Notes: generated by a model not told the origin, from the sequence alone. DNA of 64,000 nt from Gemmatimonadota bacterium (GCA_039933845.1 JBDTNH010000001.1:5426-69425), one strand, 5' to 3'. Numbered from the stretch's first letter, positions 8,482-17,425 are shown. Program-made: numbers and translations.

Positions 8482-10109
8482 GGGCCGTTGGTCACCAGCG
8501 ATGGCAGAAATGTCGGTGGCCGCCGCATCTTGGTTGCCTGCTCGAACGCAAAGGCCATCGCGAGCAGCGGCCCCTCCTGCCACGCCGTACCGAAGAGCGA
8601 CATCCCCACCGGCAATCCCGAGACAAAGCCGGCAGGAATGGTGATGCTCGGATATCCCGCGCGCGCCGAGTGCCCAGATTCGCCGCCACTGTCGTGATCG
8701 CCGTTGACCACATCAGTGGTCCATGCCGGCCCGCCGGTCGGCGCCATGATCGCATCGAGTCGGTCGTGCAGGAGGGTGGCATCGATGCCATCGGCGCGGG
8801 CACCCTGCAGCATCTTGGTGCGAGCATCCAGATAATCGGCGTCGTCGATGCCGGGGCGCGCGTTCGAGGCGATCAGCGTCTCCTGCCCGAAGTACGGCAT
8901 CGCCATCGCGGCATTCGCTTCATTGAATGCGATCACATCGGCGAGCGAGCGCACCGGTGCCTTGGCTCCTCGCGCCGCGAGATAGCGGTTGACGCCATCC
9001 TTGAACTCGACCTGCAGCACCAGATGCTCCCAGGCACCGATGGTCCGGGGCGAAGTGATCTTGACCGGGTCGATGATCACCGCCCCCGCCGCGCGCATCG
9101 CCTTGATCGCCTCCTCCATGATGGCGTCGACCTTCTCGTGGAAACCGAACGCATCGCGCAGGATCCCGATCCGCTTCCCGCGAAGTCCGTCGGTGCGCAG
9201 GAAGGTGGTGTAGTCGTTCCGGGAATGTCCCGCGGAGCCAGCGGTTGCGCCGTCGCGCGGATCGGCACCGGTGAGAGCGCCGAGCAGCATGGCGACGTCG
9301 GAGACGGTGCGACCCATCGGGCCGGCGGTGTCCTGCGTGGACGAGATCGGGATGATCCCGGAGCGACTCCAGAGACCGACCGTCGGCTTGAGGCCGACGA
9401 CGCCGTTGGCGCTCGAGGGACAGACAATCGAACCATCGGTCTCGGTCCCGATCGCAACGGCACAGAAACTCGCCGACACTGCCGCGCCCGATCCCGACGA
9501 CGAACCGCACGGGTTGCGGTCGAGCACGTACGGGTTCCGTGTCTGGCCGCCGCGACTGCTCCAGCCGCTCGACGAACGGGTCGAACGGAAGTTGGCCCAC
9601 TCGCTCAGGTTGGTCTTGCCGAGCACGATCGCACCCGCCGCGCGCAGCCGTTCGACGATGAAGGCGTCGCGTGTCGCGCCGGGCCCCACCAGTGCCAGTG
9701 CGCCGGCCGTCGTCATCATCTTGTCGCCGGTGTCGATATTGTCCTTGATCAACACAGGGATCCCGTGCATGGGACCGCGCACCCGACCGGCTCGGCGTTC
9801 GGCATCCATCGTGTCGGCGATCTCGAGTGCGTCGGGGTTCCGTTCGATCACGGCATGCAGCCCACCACGCGGCGCGTCAAGCAGAGCAATCTGCCGCTGG
9901 TACCGTTCGACCAGATATCGGGACGTCCACCGCCCGGAGGCCATGCCCTCCGCGAGCTCCGCGACGGAGAGTTCGTCGAGTTCGCCACGACGGGACGCCA
10001 GGAATTCGGCGTGGGCCGGTACGTCAGCGTCAGTCCCCCCCCCATGATGTGGTAGCAGGGGGACGATGCCCCCCAGGGCGGCGGTGTGCAGGAAGTGTCG
10101 GCGTTCCAT
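8478..10109 (-). CDS. Amidase (amidase-signature family), exported
   Basis: ORF 8478..10439. ATG 10109 gives MERRHFLHTAALGGIVPLLP. Amidase-signature core GIPVLIKDNIDT...GGSSSGSGAAV. The start overlaps the MFS stop by 1 nt (TGATG). Confidence 0.85.
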   Translation of the reverse strand: MERRHFLHTAALGGIVPLLPHHGGGTDADVPAHAEFLASRRGELDELSVAELAEGMASGRWTSRYLVERYQRQIALLDAPRGGLHAVIERNPDALEIADTMDAERRAGRVRGPMHGIPVLIKDNIDTGDKMMTTAGALALVGPGATRDAFIVERLRAAGAIVLGKTNLSEWANFRSTRSSSGWSSRGGQTRNPYVLDRNPCGSSSGSGAAVSASFCAVAIGTETDGSIVCPSSANGVVGLKPTVGLWSRSGIIPISSTQDTAGPMGRTVSDVAMLLGALTGADPRDGATAGSAGHSRNDYTTFLRTDGLRGKRIGILRDAFGFHEKVDAIMEEAIKAMRAAGAVIIDPVKITSPRTIGAWEHLVLQVEFKDGVNRYLAARGAKAPVRSLADVIAFNEANAAMAMPYFGQETLIASNARPGIDDADYLDARTKMLQGARADGIDATLLHDRLDAIMAPTGGPAWTTDVVNGDHDSGGESGHSARAGYPSITIPAGFVSGLPVGMSLFGTAWQEGPLLAMAFAFEQATKMRRPPTFLPSLVTNGP

Positions 10110-11428
10110 CAGCTTGGCTCCGGAGTGGGTGAACCCGCGGCAGCGATGCCGTCGCGTTCGTCGACACGCGACAACAGGACCAGTCCAACGAGCAGGAAGA
10201 GCAGGACGGTGGCCACGCCGGCGCGCTGGGTGCCGAAGAGTTGCGAGGCGAAGCCGAGCATCAGCGGGCCCAGAAACGACGTGGCCTTCCCCGAGAAGGC
10301 GAAGAAGCCAAAGAACTCGGCTTGATGGCGCTCGGGCACGAAGCGTCCCATGAGCGACCGACTCGCCGACTGATTGGGGCCGACGAAGATGCCGATCATG
10401 ATCCCCGCAATCCAGAACCAGGTCCGATTCGGAGCCCACACCGCGAGGCCCGTCGCGATCGCCAGTGCCACCAATGTCGCCTGGATCGTGCGCTTGCCAC
10501 CAATGCGGTCGTCGACAACGCCGAACAACAACGCCCCCGCACCCGAGGCGATGTTGAGCACCACGCCGAACATGATCACCTCGGCGAGTGTCATCCCGAA
10601 CGTGCCGGCCGCGTAGATCCCGCCGAAGGCGAAGATCGTCACGAGGCCGTCGTTGTAGATCAGCCGCGCGAGAAGGAATCGCAACATCTCCTTGTAGCGG
10701 CGAATGTTGCCGATGGTCTGCCTGAGGTCGCGGTAGACGCCCGCGATCTCGAAGCGCCCGCCGGTGCGGGGTCGTTCACGAATGATGATGAAAATGGGCA
10801 GCGAGAAGAGCAGGAACCAGCCGGCAACCAACAGGTTGGTGGCTCGAATGTTCCAGCCGTTCGCGGTCGACATCCCGAACCATGGCACCTCGGGCCGGAC
10901 GAAGCCGACCAGCGCGACACCCATGCACGCCATCCCGCCGACGTAACCCAGTCCCCAACCGTAGCCAGAAATCCGTCCGATCCGCGCCGGCGAGGCGATC
11001 ATCGGCAGGAAGGCATTGTAGAACACCCCCCCCACCTCGAACGCCACATTCGCGATCACGAAGATCGCGAGTGCGAGCATCGCGTTCCGGCTCGAACCCG
11101 GCGGTACGAACGCCAGCGCCACCGTGCCCGTGATGCAGGTCGCGGTGGTGAACATCAGCCAGCGCTTCCGGGTCCCGGTCCGATCTGCGGCCGCACCGAG
11201 CACTGGCGAGAGGACGGCGATCAGCACGGCGGAGAGCGCCACCGCGCGCGACCACCACGCCGTGCCGGTCACCTCGTCGGGCGCCATCGCCTTGGTGAAG
11301 TAGGTCCCATAGATGAAGGTGACCACCAGGGTGGTGAATGCCGAATTGGCCCAGTCGTAGAACGCCCAGGACCAGATCGTCTTCGGATCATCGCGTGGGG
11401 TGGCGACGTGCGACATCGGCTGGTCCAT
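10109..11428 (-). CDS. MFS transporter, UMF1/Atg22-like family
   Basis: 439 aa polytopic protein. The N-terminal WSWAFYDWANSAFTTLVVTFIYGTYF is characteristic of the UMF1 family. Confidence 0.8.
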   Translation of the reverse strand: MDQPMSHVATPRDDPKTIWSWAFYDWANSAFTTLVVTFIYGTYFTKAMAPDEVTGTAWWSRAVALSAVLIAVLSPVLGAAADRTGTRKRWLMFTTATCITGTVALAFVPPGSSRNAMLALAIFVIANVAFEVGGVFYNAFLPMIASPARIGRISGYGWGLGYVGGMACMGVALVGFVRPEVPWFGMSTANGWNIRATNLLVAGWFLLFSLPIFIIIRERPRTGGRFEIAGVYRDLRQTIGNIRRYKEMLRFLLARLIYNDGLVTIFAFGGIYAAGTFGMTLAEVIMFGVVLNIASGAGALLFGVVDDRIGGKRTIQATLVALAIATGLAVWAPNRTWFWIAGIMIGIFVGPNQSASRSLMGRFVPERHQAEFFGFFAFSGKATSFLGPLMLGFASQLFGTQRAGVATVLLFLLVGLVLLSRVDERDGIAAAGSPTPEPS

Positions 11429-12759
11429 CAGGGCTCCTCGACGGCGGGATATCGCAGCAGGAAGTGCTCAAGGTGGGCGGCCAGTTCACGCTGTCGCAGC
11501 CCAAGCGATGCCACCAAGCTACGCCGGGAGCGGACCAGCAGGAATCGTCGGGCGTCCTGCCACGCGCCGCCCCAGCGTTCGCGGATGATCAACCCAACCA
11601 CTCCGATGACCGGAAGCCCGACCAGGACGATAAGCGCCAACGGCCAACCGGAGTATCGCCACACGAGTGCCGTCAGTGCCATCATCCAGATCAGATAGAT
11701 CGCGGAGCCGAGCAATGCCTTCCATGTCGACCGGATATCCTCGGCGAGATGGAGGCGCCTCGTCACGAATCCTGTGAGTTGATACGGCACCAGGAACGCG
11801 AGCCAGCTCGCGACCGCAACGGCCAGGGAGAGCGGCAGCAGCATCGGCAAGACGCTGAGTGCTCGGAGTGATCCGCGCTTCGACCCTGGACCGGAGGCAA
11901 GATCGGCCGGACGCAATCGGAGCCGGTCCAGCCGCCGAGCGTGGGTGGCCAGCTCCTCGACGATGGTCTGCACCTCGGGATCCGAGACGTCCCGTGCCTG
12001 TTCCAGCATGCGAGCGGCTTCCCCGATCCGGAGCACCCGCCCGCCGCCATCGGGCAGGACCCGCTGTTCGGCCTCCCAGATCCTGACCGCCATCTCGACG
12101 GCGGGCTGGTCCTGCCAGGAGAGGAGGTTGATGGTCTGGCGCCGGAGCGATGCCTCGATCCGACCGGTGAGCTCCCGGACTGCGTCGACGTCATCGGTGC
12201 GGCGTTCCGCGAGATCGGACCACGCGACTGGCTCGCCTCGCAGCACAAGCGCTCGGGACCGGAAGGTGTCCTTGGACCGGAAGACGAGCCCAACCGGGAC
12301 AATGGGGAACGCCCCGCCGATTTGTCGGGCGGCGCCGAGCGCGATGCGCGCGGCGCCGGTCTTGAGCGGGGCGAGGGATGCGCCGCTGTGCGAGACACCC
12401 TCCGGAAACAATCCGATCGCGTCACCCGCCAGGAGTGCCGCGTGGACCGATGCGAACATCGCGTCATTCTGGACGGCACCCATGGCCGCATCCTGACGCC
12501 GGTGGACCGGGATCGCGCCGCCGAGTCGGACGAACCATCCGGTCAGCGGGTCATCGAAGAGGGGGGCCTTGGCGAGAAATCGCACCGGACGCCGGGCGGC
12601 GGCGAGGACCAGCACGGGGTCGAGCAGCGAATTGGGGTGGTTGGCGACGAGGAGCACGCTACCTTCGGGTGGAATCAAGTTCCCCGAGTAGCGCACTCGG
12701 AAATACAGCGCGGCACCGAGCCGCGCGACCCACGTGATCGGACGCCTGGCAATCGTCAC
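11428..12759 (-). CDS. Lysophospholipid/1-acyl-glycerol-3-phosphate acyltransferase family protein with C-terminal TM segments
   Basis: ORF 11428..12873. Acyltransferase box LLVANHPNSLLDP and FPEGVSHSG. Start chosen at GTG 12759 to leave a divergent intergenic region before asnB. ATG 12873 would overlap the asnB start. Confidence 0.7.
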   Translation of the reverse strand: MTIARRPITWVARLGAALYFRVRYSGNLIPPEGSVLLVANHPNSLLDPVLVLAAARRPVRFLAKAPLFDDPLTGWFVRLGGAIPVHRRQDAAMGAVQNDAMFASVHAALLAGDAIGLFPEGVSHSGASLAPLKTGAARIALGAARQIGGAFPIVPVGLVFRSKDTFRSRALVLRGEPVAWSDLAERRTDDVDAVRELTGRIEASLRRQTINLLSWQDQPAVEMAVRIWEAEQRVLPDGGGRVLRIGEAARMLEQARDVSDPEVQTIVEELATHARRLDRLRLRPADLASGPGSKRGSLRALSVLPMLLPLSLAVAVASWLAFLVPYQLTGFVTRRLHLAEDIRSTWKALLGSAIYLIWMMALTALVWRYSGWPLALIVLVGLPVIGVVGLIIRERWGGAWQDARRFLLVRSRRSLVASLGLRQRELAAHLEHFLLRYPAVEEP

Positions 12760-12871
12760 GTGGGCCTGCGTGAAGTTATTGGGCTCGAACCCGAGTGCCG
12801 AGCGGTGCCGGTCGGGGATTTGGATGCCTCGGACAGCGGTGCCACGTGCGCACTCCTCCCATGGGGGAAGC

Positions 12872-14776
12872 ATGTGTGGACTCGCGGGTTTTCTGCGTCA
12901 CGACGGCGCCACAGCCGACGCATCCATCGTTGTGCGGATGCTGGATCGTCAGGCCCATCGAGGCCCGGACGACCGAGGCATCTGGTCGCATGGCCCCGTG
13001 GCGCTGGGTCTCGACCGGTTGAGCATACTCGACCTCACGGCGTCTGGCCACCAACCCTTCGTGATGCCAGACGGTACCAGCACCCTCTCCTACAACGGCG
13101 AAGTCTATAACTGGCAAGCACTCCGCATGGAGCTCGAGCGTGAGGGAGTGCAGTTCCGGTCGAACACGGACACCGAAGTGGTCCTGCATGCCCTCAGCAG
13201 GTGGGGGCCGGAGGCCGCCGTTCCCCGATTCAACGGGATGTTCGCGCTCGCCTGGTTCGATCTCACGACCGAGACACTCTGGCTTGCCCGCGACCGGACC
13301 GGCATCAAGCCGTTGTACTGGGCCGCGACATCCGACACGCTGGCGTTCGCCTCGGAAGCCAAGGCGCTGTTCGCTCACCCCTCGATAGCGTGTCGACCCG
13401 ACATGCACGCACTCGTCACCAATCTCTATCTGGACCGGCTCTCGGGTGACTGGACGGCGTTCGAGGGCGTGCGTCACCTCGAGCCGGGGACACTCATGCG
13501 CTGCGACGGCGCCGACCGACAGATTCACGCATGGTTCGACATCGAACGGGACATCGACGTCCCGCGCATTGTCGCTGGGGCTGACGAGTCGTTCGAGAAC
13601 CATGTCGCCCAGTTCCGGGGATTGTTCGAGCGCAGCGTCGCGATGCATCTCCAGAGCGACGCGCCGCTTGCGGTGATGTGCAGCGGTGGCGTGGACTCTT
13701 CGCTGACGACGGCCATCGCAAAACGGCACCGTGCCGATCTGGTCACTTATGTTGCCGAAGCAGAGGGGCTCAAGAATTCGGAGGCCGACAAGGCGCAGAT
13801 CGTGGCGGACCATGTCGGTGTCGAGCTTCGTCGCATCCCAATCCTCGACAGCGATTACCCCCGGCTGTTGGCCCTGGCCGCCTGGCACAGCGATGACCCG
13901 ATCTTCTTCCAACAGAATCCGCTGGCGCTCCGCGTCAGCGAGGCGGTGCGCGCCGACGGATTCAAGGTGCTCTTGACCGGTGAGGGAGCCGACGAGCTGT
14001 TCTCCGGGTATCCCTGGATCGAGGAGACGGGTCGGATGTGGCGACAGCGCGCCTGGCATGGGCGCCTGATTCCGGATCGCCGGCCGTTCCGCCTGTTGGG
14101 ACGTCTCCTCGGCCATTTGGCACCCTTTTCGGTGGCGAAGTTGGCCGAAGAGCCGTTCGAGCGAAGGGCGACCTGGCTTCAAGGCCCACCCTCAGCCGAA
14201 TTGTCGATCGACGGTGGCCAACGCCGCCGACGAGCCCGCGACCTCTTTGCCAAACTCGAGCCGATCCGAAACGTCGGTGATCGTGCGGCGACCGTCCGTG
14301 CGCTCGAGGACATGTACACCCATCTGCGAGAATTATTGGTGGCCAACGACAACCGGAGCATGGCTGCCTCCATCGAAGCACGGGTGCCGTTTCTGGAATC
14401 GGACCTGATTGATTTCGCTCTCCACCTCCCCTACCGATCAAAGATCCATCGTGGGGTCCGCAAGCGCGTAGTACGGAGCATGGCGCAGGACCACCTGCCG
14501 CGTGGCATCATCGACGCGCCGAAGGTGGGCTTCGCCGTGCCGGATGGGATGCGGGCAGGCTACACCGCGATCCTGCAAGGAGGGATTATCGCAGGGTTGT
14601 TCAAGTGGGGCCACCGGGAAGCGGACCGGATCCGCGACGTGATTGCGGGCCACCCACACACCGGCGAACGGCTGGTGACCATGGAGCTCTGGGCCCAACT
14701 GCACTTCAATGGCCAGTCGCCCGAACAAATGACGGAACGACTCCGCGCGGTCCGGACGACGTCCAGATCACGGTGA
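12872..14776 (+). CDS. asnB: Asparagine synthase (glutamine-hydrolysing), AsnB family
   Basis: ORF 12734..14776. ATG 12872 gives MCGLAGFL (Ntn Cys2). PP-loop region VMCSGGVDSS. Confidence 0.85.
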   Translation: MCGLAGFLRHDGATADASIVVRMLDRQAHRGPDDRGIWSHGPVALGLDRLSILDLTASGHQPFVMPDGTSTLSYNGEVYNWQALRMELEREGVQFRSNTDTEVVLHALSRWGPEAAVPRFNGMFALAWFDLTTETLWLARDRTGIKPLYWAATSDTLAFASEAKALFAHPSIACRPDMHALVTNLYLDRLSGDWTAFEGVRHLEPGTLMRCDGADRQIHAWFDIERDIDVPRIVAGADESFENHVAQFRGLFERSVAMHLQSDAPLAVMCSGGVDSSLTTAIAKRHRADLVTYVAEAEGLKNSEADKAQIVADHVGVELRRIPILDSDYPRLLALAAWHSDDPIFFQQNPLALRVSEAVRADGFKVLLTGEGADELFSGYPWIEETGRMWRQRAWHGRLIPDRRPFRLLGRLLGHLAPFSVAKLAEEPFERRATWLQGPPSAELSIDGGQRRRRARDLFAKLEPIRNVGDRAATVRALEDMYTHLRELLVANDNRSMAASIEARVPFLESDLIDFALHLPYRSKIHRGVRKRVVRSMAQDHLPRGIIDAPKVGFAVPDGMRAGYTAILQGGIIAGLFKWGHREADRIRDVIAGHPHTGERLVTMELWAQLHFNGQSPEQMTERLRAVRTTSRSR

Positions 14777-16165
14777 CTCAGGCGCCAGCGGCGCCGCGCG
14801 CGACCGCCGACCACGCCGGAGCGCCAGGACCCCGAGCGTGAGATTCAGCGCCAGCGACCCGAGTACCGTAAGGTAGAAACCGCGTGGATTCTCGACCCCC
14901 TCACCGGGCAGCATCGCCAGCAGTACCGAACCGGCCGTGACCACCAGCCCCAGCCCGCCGACGAGGATCGCCCCGGGCGACCCACCCGGCACCCTGCGAT
15001 GCACTGGGTGGACCGGCTCATGCCGGAGCTTGACGAGGGCTCCGAAGATGTACAGGAACGGCAAAAGGAAGATCACGATCTCGAGCGCCACCAGCATCCG
15101 GTAGACCTGTTCGACCGGACCGCCCGCGACCGAGAGCACCACCAGGATTGCCGCCGGGATGGCCATCGTCAGGATTGCGATGTGCGGGGTGTGCCAACGG
15201 GGATGGACCGCGCCGAACCGAGCCGGCAGGTAGCGATCGAGTCCGACGACAAACGGCAACCGTGCGGCCGCCGCGAGCCAGACGCTGAGCGTGCCCACCG
15301 ACATGATCGCCAGCAACAGCGAGACCAATGACGTTCCCACCGCCGCGGCCCGTGGTCCCCCGACCGCCTCCGCGCCAAGCCGCACCACGTCGGAGAAGCC
15401 GTGTAGCCCACTGAGCGCTGAACCCGGCAGGATCACCAACATCGCGACCGAGGTGACCACATACAGGACCGTGATGAGCCCCCCGGCCGCAAGCACCGCC
15501 CGCGGCACCGTGCGGCGGGCATCGCGCACCTCGTCGCCGAGCAACGACCCGGATTCGAAACCGGCGAACATGTAGGCGAGTGTCGAGAGGAAGAGGAGGC
15601 CCTCGAGTCCACCAAGCCGCGGTCGCATCGACACGACCGTGAACGTCGTCGCCGATCCGGTCCGGATCGCGACCACAGTGGCGAGAACCGCCAGACCCGC
15701 CACGGTGACCAGCGACGCGATAACCGATACCGTGGTGACCCGAGCTGCTCGTCGGAGTCCCAGCAGGTTGACCGCCGTGATCAGCCCCAGGAGCACCAGC
15801 GACGTGGCCCCCTGAAAGCGCGGATCGCCGGCCAGTCCAGCCGTAGCGGGGAGGATCCCCGCGACCTGCGCGCTCGCGAACATCAGGACGCTGGGTAGAT
15901 AGACAACCGTCGAGGTCCAGTAGGCCCAGCCCGCCAGGAAGGCATGGGTGTCACCGAAGGCACGACGAACCCAGAGATAGAGACCCCCTTCGCCGGGCTC
16001 CCTCGAGGCGAGGTCGATCACCGTGAGCGCCAGCGGGAGGAAAAAGCAGACGAGGCTGATCGCCCACCAGCCGACGATTGATGGGCCGACGGCGGCGGCG
16101 ACCGGCACAAGGCGGATCACGAAGATCGCCGCCACGTAGAACCAGACCAGGTCCCGGAACCGCAA
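14768..16165 (-). CDS. APC-family amino acid permease
   Basis: ORF 14768..16330, about 12 TM helices. The upstream part overlaps gpx, so the start is placed at TTG 16165 (LRFRDLVWFYVAAIF...). Start uncertain. The 3' end overlaps asnB convergently by 9 bp. Confidence 0.7.
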   Translation of the reverse strand: MRFRDLVWFYVAAIFVIRLVPVAAAVGPSIVGWWAISLVCFFLPLALTVIDLASREPGEGGLYLWVRRAFGDTHAFLAGWAYWTSTVVYLPSVLMFASAQVAGILPATAGLAGDPRFQGATSLVLLGLITAVNLLGLRRAARVTTVSVIASLVTVAGLAVLATVVAIRTGSATTFTVVSMRPRLGGLEGLLFLSTLAYMFAGFESGSLLGDEVRDARRTVPRAVLAAGGLITVLYVVTSVAMLVILPGSALSGLHGFSDVVRLGAEAVGGPRAAAVGTSLVSLLLAIMSVGTLSVWLAAAARLPFVVGLDRYLPARFGAVHPRWHTPHIAILTMAIPAAILVVLSVAGGPVEQVYRMLVALEIVIFLLPFLYIFGALVKLRHEPVHPVHRRVPGGSPGAILVGGLGLVVTAGSVLLAMLPGEGVENPRGFYLTVLGSLALNLTLGVLALRRGRRSRAAPLAPESP

Positions 16166-16188
16166 GACCGCTGGGAGGCCACTACGGC

Positions 16189-16728
16189 TCAGCGCAGGTG
16201 CTCCGCTCGTGGCGCTTCGAGCGCCGCCCGGAACGCCCGACTGGCAACCAGCGCCTCGGGAGTCGTCCGGGACGCGAAGCGTTCGCGCACCATACCGTCG
16301 CGGCCGACCAGGAACTTGGTGAAGTTCCACTTGATCGACCGACTCCCCAGAATGCCTCGCTCTTCGTCTTCGAGCCAGGTAAACAGCGGGTGGGCCTCCG
16401 GGCCGTTGACCTTCACCTTGGAGAACATCGGGAAGCTGACGTCGTAGCTGGTCTGGCAGAAGGTGGCGATCGTCGCCTCGTCGCCCGATTCCTGAGACCC
16501 GAATTGGTCACACGGGAAGCCCAGCACCGCCAGCCCATCGTCCCGGTAGAGGCGATAGATCGCCTCCAATCCCCGATACTGGGGCGTGAAGCCGCAGGTG
16601 CTGGCAACATTCACCACGATGACGACCTGACCGCGGAAGTCGGCCAGCCGGAGGGGCTCCCCCGAAATGGTGGTGGCCTCGAAGTCGTACAGGGTCTGGG
16701 GCTGTGCGGGCGCGTCTGGAGTAGGCAT
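16189..16728 (-). CDS. gpx: Glutathione peroxidase (Cys-type)
   Basis: ORF 16189..16797, ATG 16728. Motifs VVNVASTCGFTPQY, LGFPCDQFGSQE and WNFTKFLV. The catalytic residue is encoded by TGC, not TGA. Confidence 0.85.
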   Translation of the reverse strand: MPTPDAPAQPQTLYDFEATTISGEPLRLADFRGQVVIVVNVASTCGFTPQYRGLEAIYRLYRDDGLAVLGFPCDQFGSQESGDEATIATFCQTSYDVSFPMFSKVKVNGPEAHPLFTWLEDEERGILGSRSIKWNFTKFLVGRDGMVRERFASRTTPEALVASRAFRAALEAPRAEHLR

Positions 16729-16748
16729 GGAGGGAATCTCCCTTGGGG

Positions 16749-16776
16749 CCCCCCGACCCGCCACCCCCCACCACCC
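16749..16776 (-). other. G-quadruplex-capable G-tract in the gpx leader
   Basis: The minus strand reads GGGTGGTGGGGGGTGGCGGGTCGGGGGG, with at least four G3+ tracts and 1-3 nt loops. It lies 21-48 nt upstream of the gpx ATG. Confidence 0.4.
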
Positions 16777-16810
16777 TTGCCACTTGCCACTTGCCACTTG
16801 CCACTTGCCG
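16776..16810. repeat. Heptanucleotide tandem repeat, CTTGCCA x5 (last unit CTTGCCG)
   Basis: Direct read: cttgcca at 16776, 16783, 16790 and 16797, and cttgccg at 16804. Upstream of gpx (sense TGGCAAG). Confidence 0.9.
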
Positions 16811-16873
16811 GACCCGGTGGTACCTTGATTGCACGGTTAGTGTGCCAGAAGACGATCGAGTGTGCTTGACGTC

Positions 16874-16904
16874 AGGGGCCCAGATATGACTTGGGTCCCT
16901 TTTT
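16874..16904 (+). terminator. Orphan intrinsic-terminator-like hairpin plus T6, about 140 nt upstream of the csp ATG
   Basis: GGGGCCCA (16874-81) pairs with TGGGTCCC (16891-98): 8 bp including one G-U, 9-nt loop, followed by TTTTTT (16899-16904). There is no plus-strand gene upstream for about 2 kb. Confidence 0.4.
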
Positions 16905-17041
16905 TCTTGGTGCGACGATCGTGAGCAGCAATGGGCGAGTGCCCCGGCTGTGGCAGGACCCAACTCCGCGGGGCCAATCGCGGAGAACAGTCGGAACTGG
17001 CGGCCTTGCCGCTCAACGACACAGCATCAAAGGATAGACCA

Positions 17042-17248
17042 ATGCGTACAACCGGCACCGTGAAGTGGTTCAACGACGCCAAGGGCTTCGGCTTCATCAC
17101 CCCCGAGAATGGCGAAAAGGATTGTTTCGTCCATCACTCGGCGATCCAGGGCAGCGGCTTCAAGTCGTTGGCCGAGGGCGAGCGGGTGGAGTTCGATATC
17201 GTCCAGGGCGCCAAGGGCCCGGCCGCTGAGAGCGTCGTCAAGCTCTAA
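17042..17248 (+). CDS. cspA: Cold-shock protein, CspA family
   Basis: ORF 16931..17248, ATG 17042. [35 protein letters not shown] contains the RNP1 (KGFGFI) and RNP2 (VFVHH-like CFVHH) motifs. Confidence 0.9.
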   Translation: MRTTGTVKWFNDAKGFGFITPENGEKDCFVHHSAIQGSGFKSLAEGERVEFDIVQGAKGPAAESVVKL

Positions 17249-17282
17249 GCAGTTCGCCCCTTCGGGGGCACACGGAGCACAG

Positions 17283-17318
17283 CAGCCCGTCCGGCATCAC
17301 GCCGGGCGGGCTGTTTCG
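17283..17318 (+). terminator. Rho-independent terminator of csp
   Basis: CAGCCCGTCCGGC (17283-95), loop ATCAC, GCCGGGCGGGCTG (17301-13). This is a 13-bp stem with one G-U, followed by a short TTTCG. A small GCCCC-TTCG-GGGGC hairpin precedes it at 17256-69. Confidence 0.6.
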
Positions 17319-17329
17319 CGCTCGGGCCA

Positions 17330-17425
17330 GCGGCTGAGAGCCGCTTCTCGGCACTGAGGGCGGGTAAACCCGCCTTGTCCCGAGGAATATCCCCATTTGA
17401 GGCTTGAGCCTCTTTCAGTGCCGAG
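17330..17425. ncRNA. Structured intergenic element (hairpin plus three-way junction); strand and function unknown
   Basis: Hairpin GCGGCT-GAG-AGCCGC (17330-44). A perfect 11-bp outer stem, CTCGGCACTGA (17347-57) with TCAGTGCCGAG (17415-25), encloses hairpins GGCGGG-TAAA-CCCGCC (17359-74) and GAGGC-TTGA-GCCTC (17399-412). Confidence 0.3.

Noticed and set aside
10110-10439. N-terminal 110-aa extension of the amidase ORF (MGSESDLVLD...)
   Set aside because: It overlaps the 3' end of the MFS transporter gene. The ATG at 10109 gives a proper signal-like N-terminus and a 1-nt coupled junction.
16189-16728. Possible selenocysteine (TGA) glutathione peroxidase
   Set aside because: The catalytic position in VASTCGFT is encoded by TGC (Cys). 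There is no in-frame TGA and no SECIS-like need.
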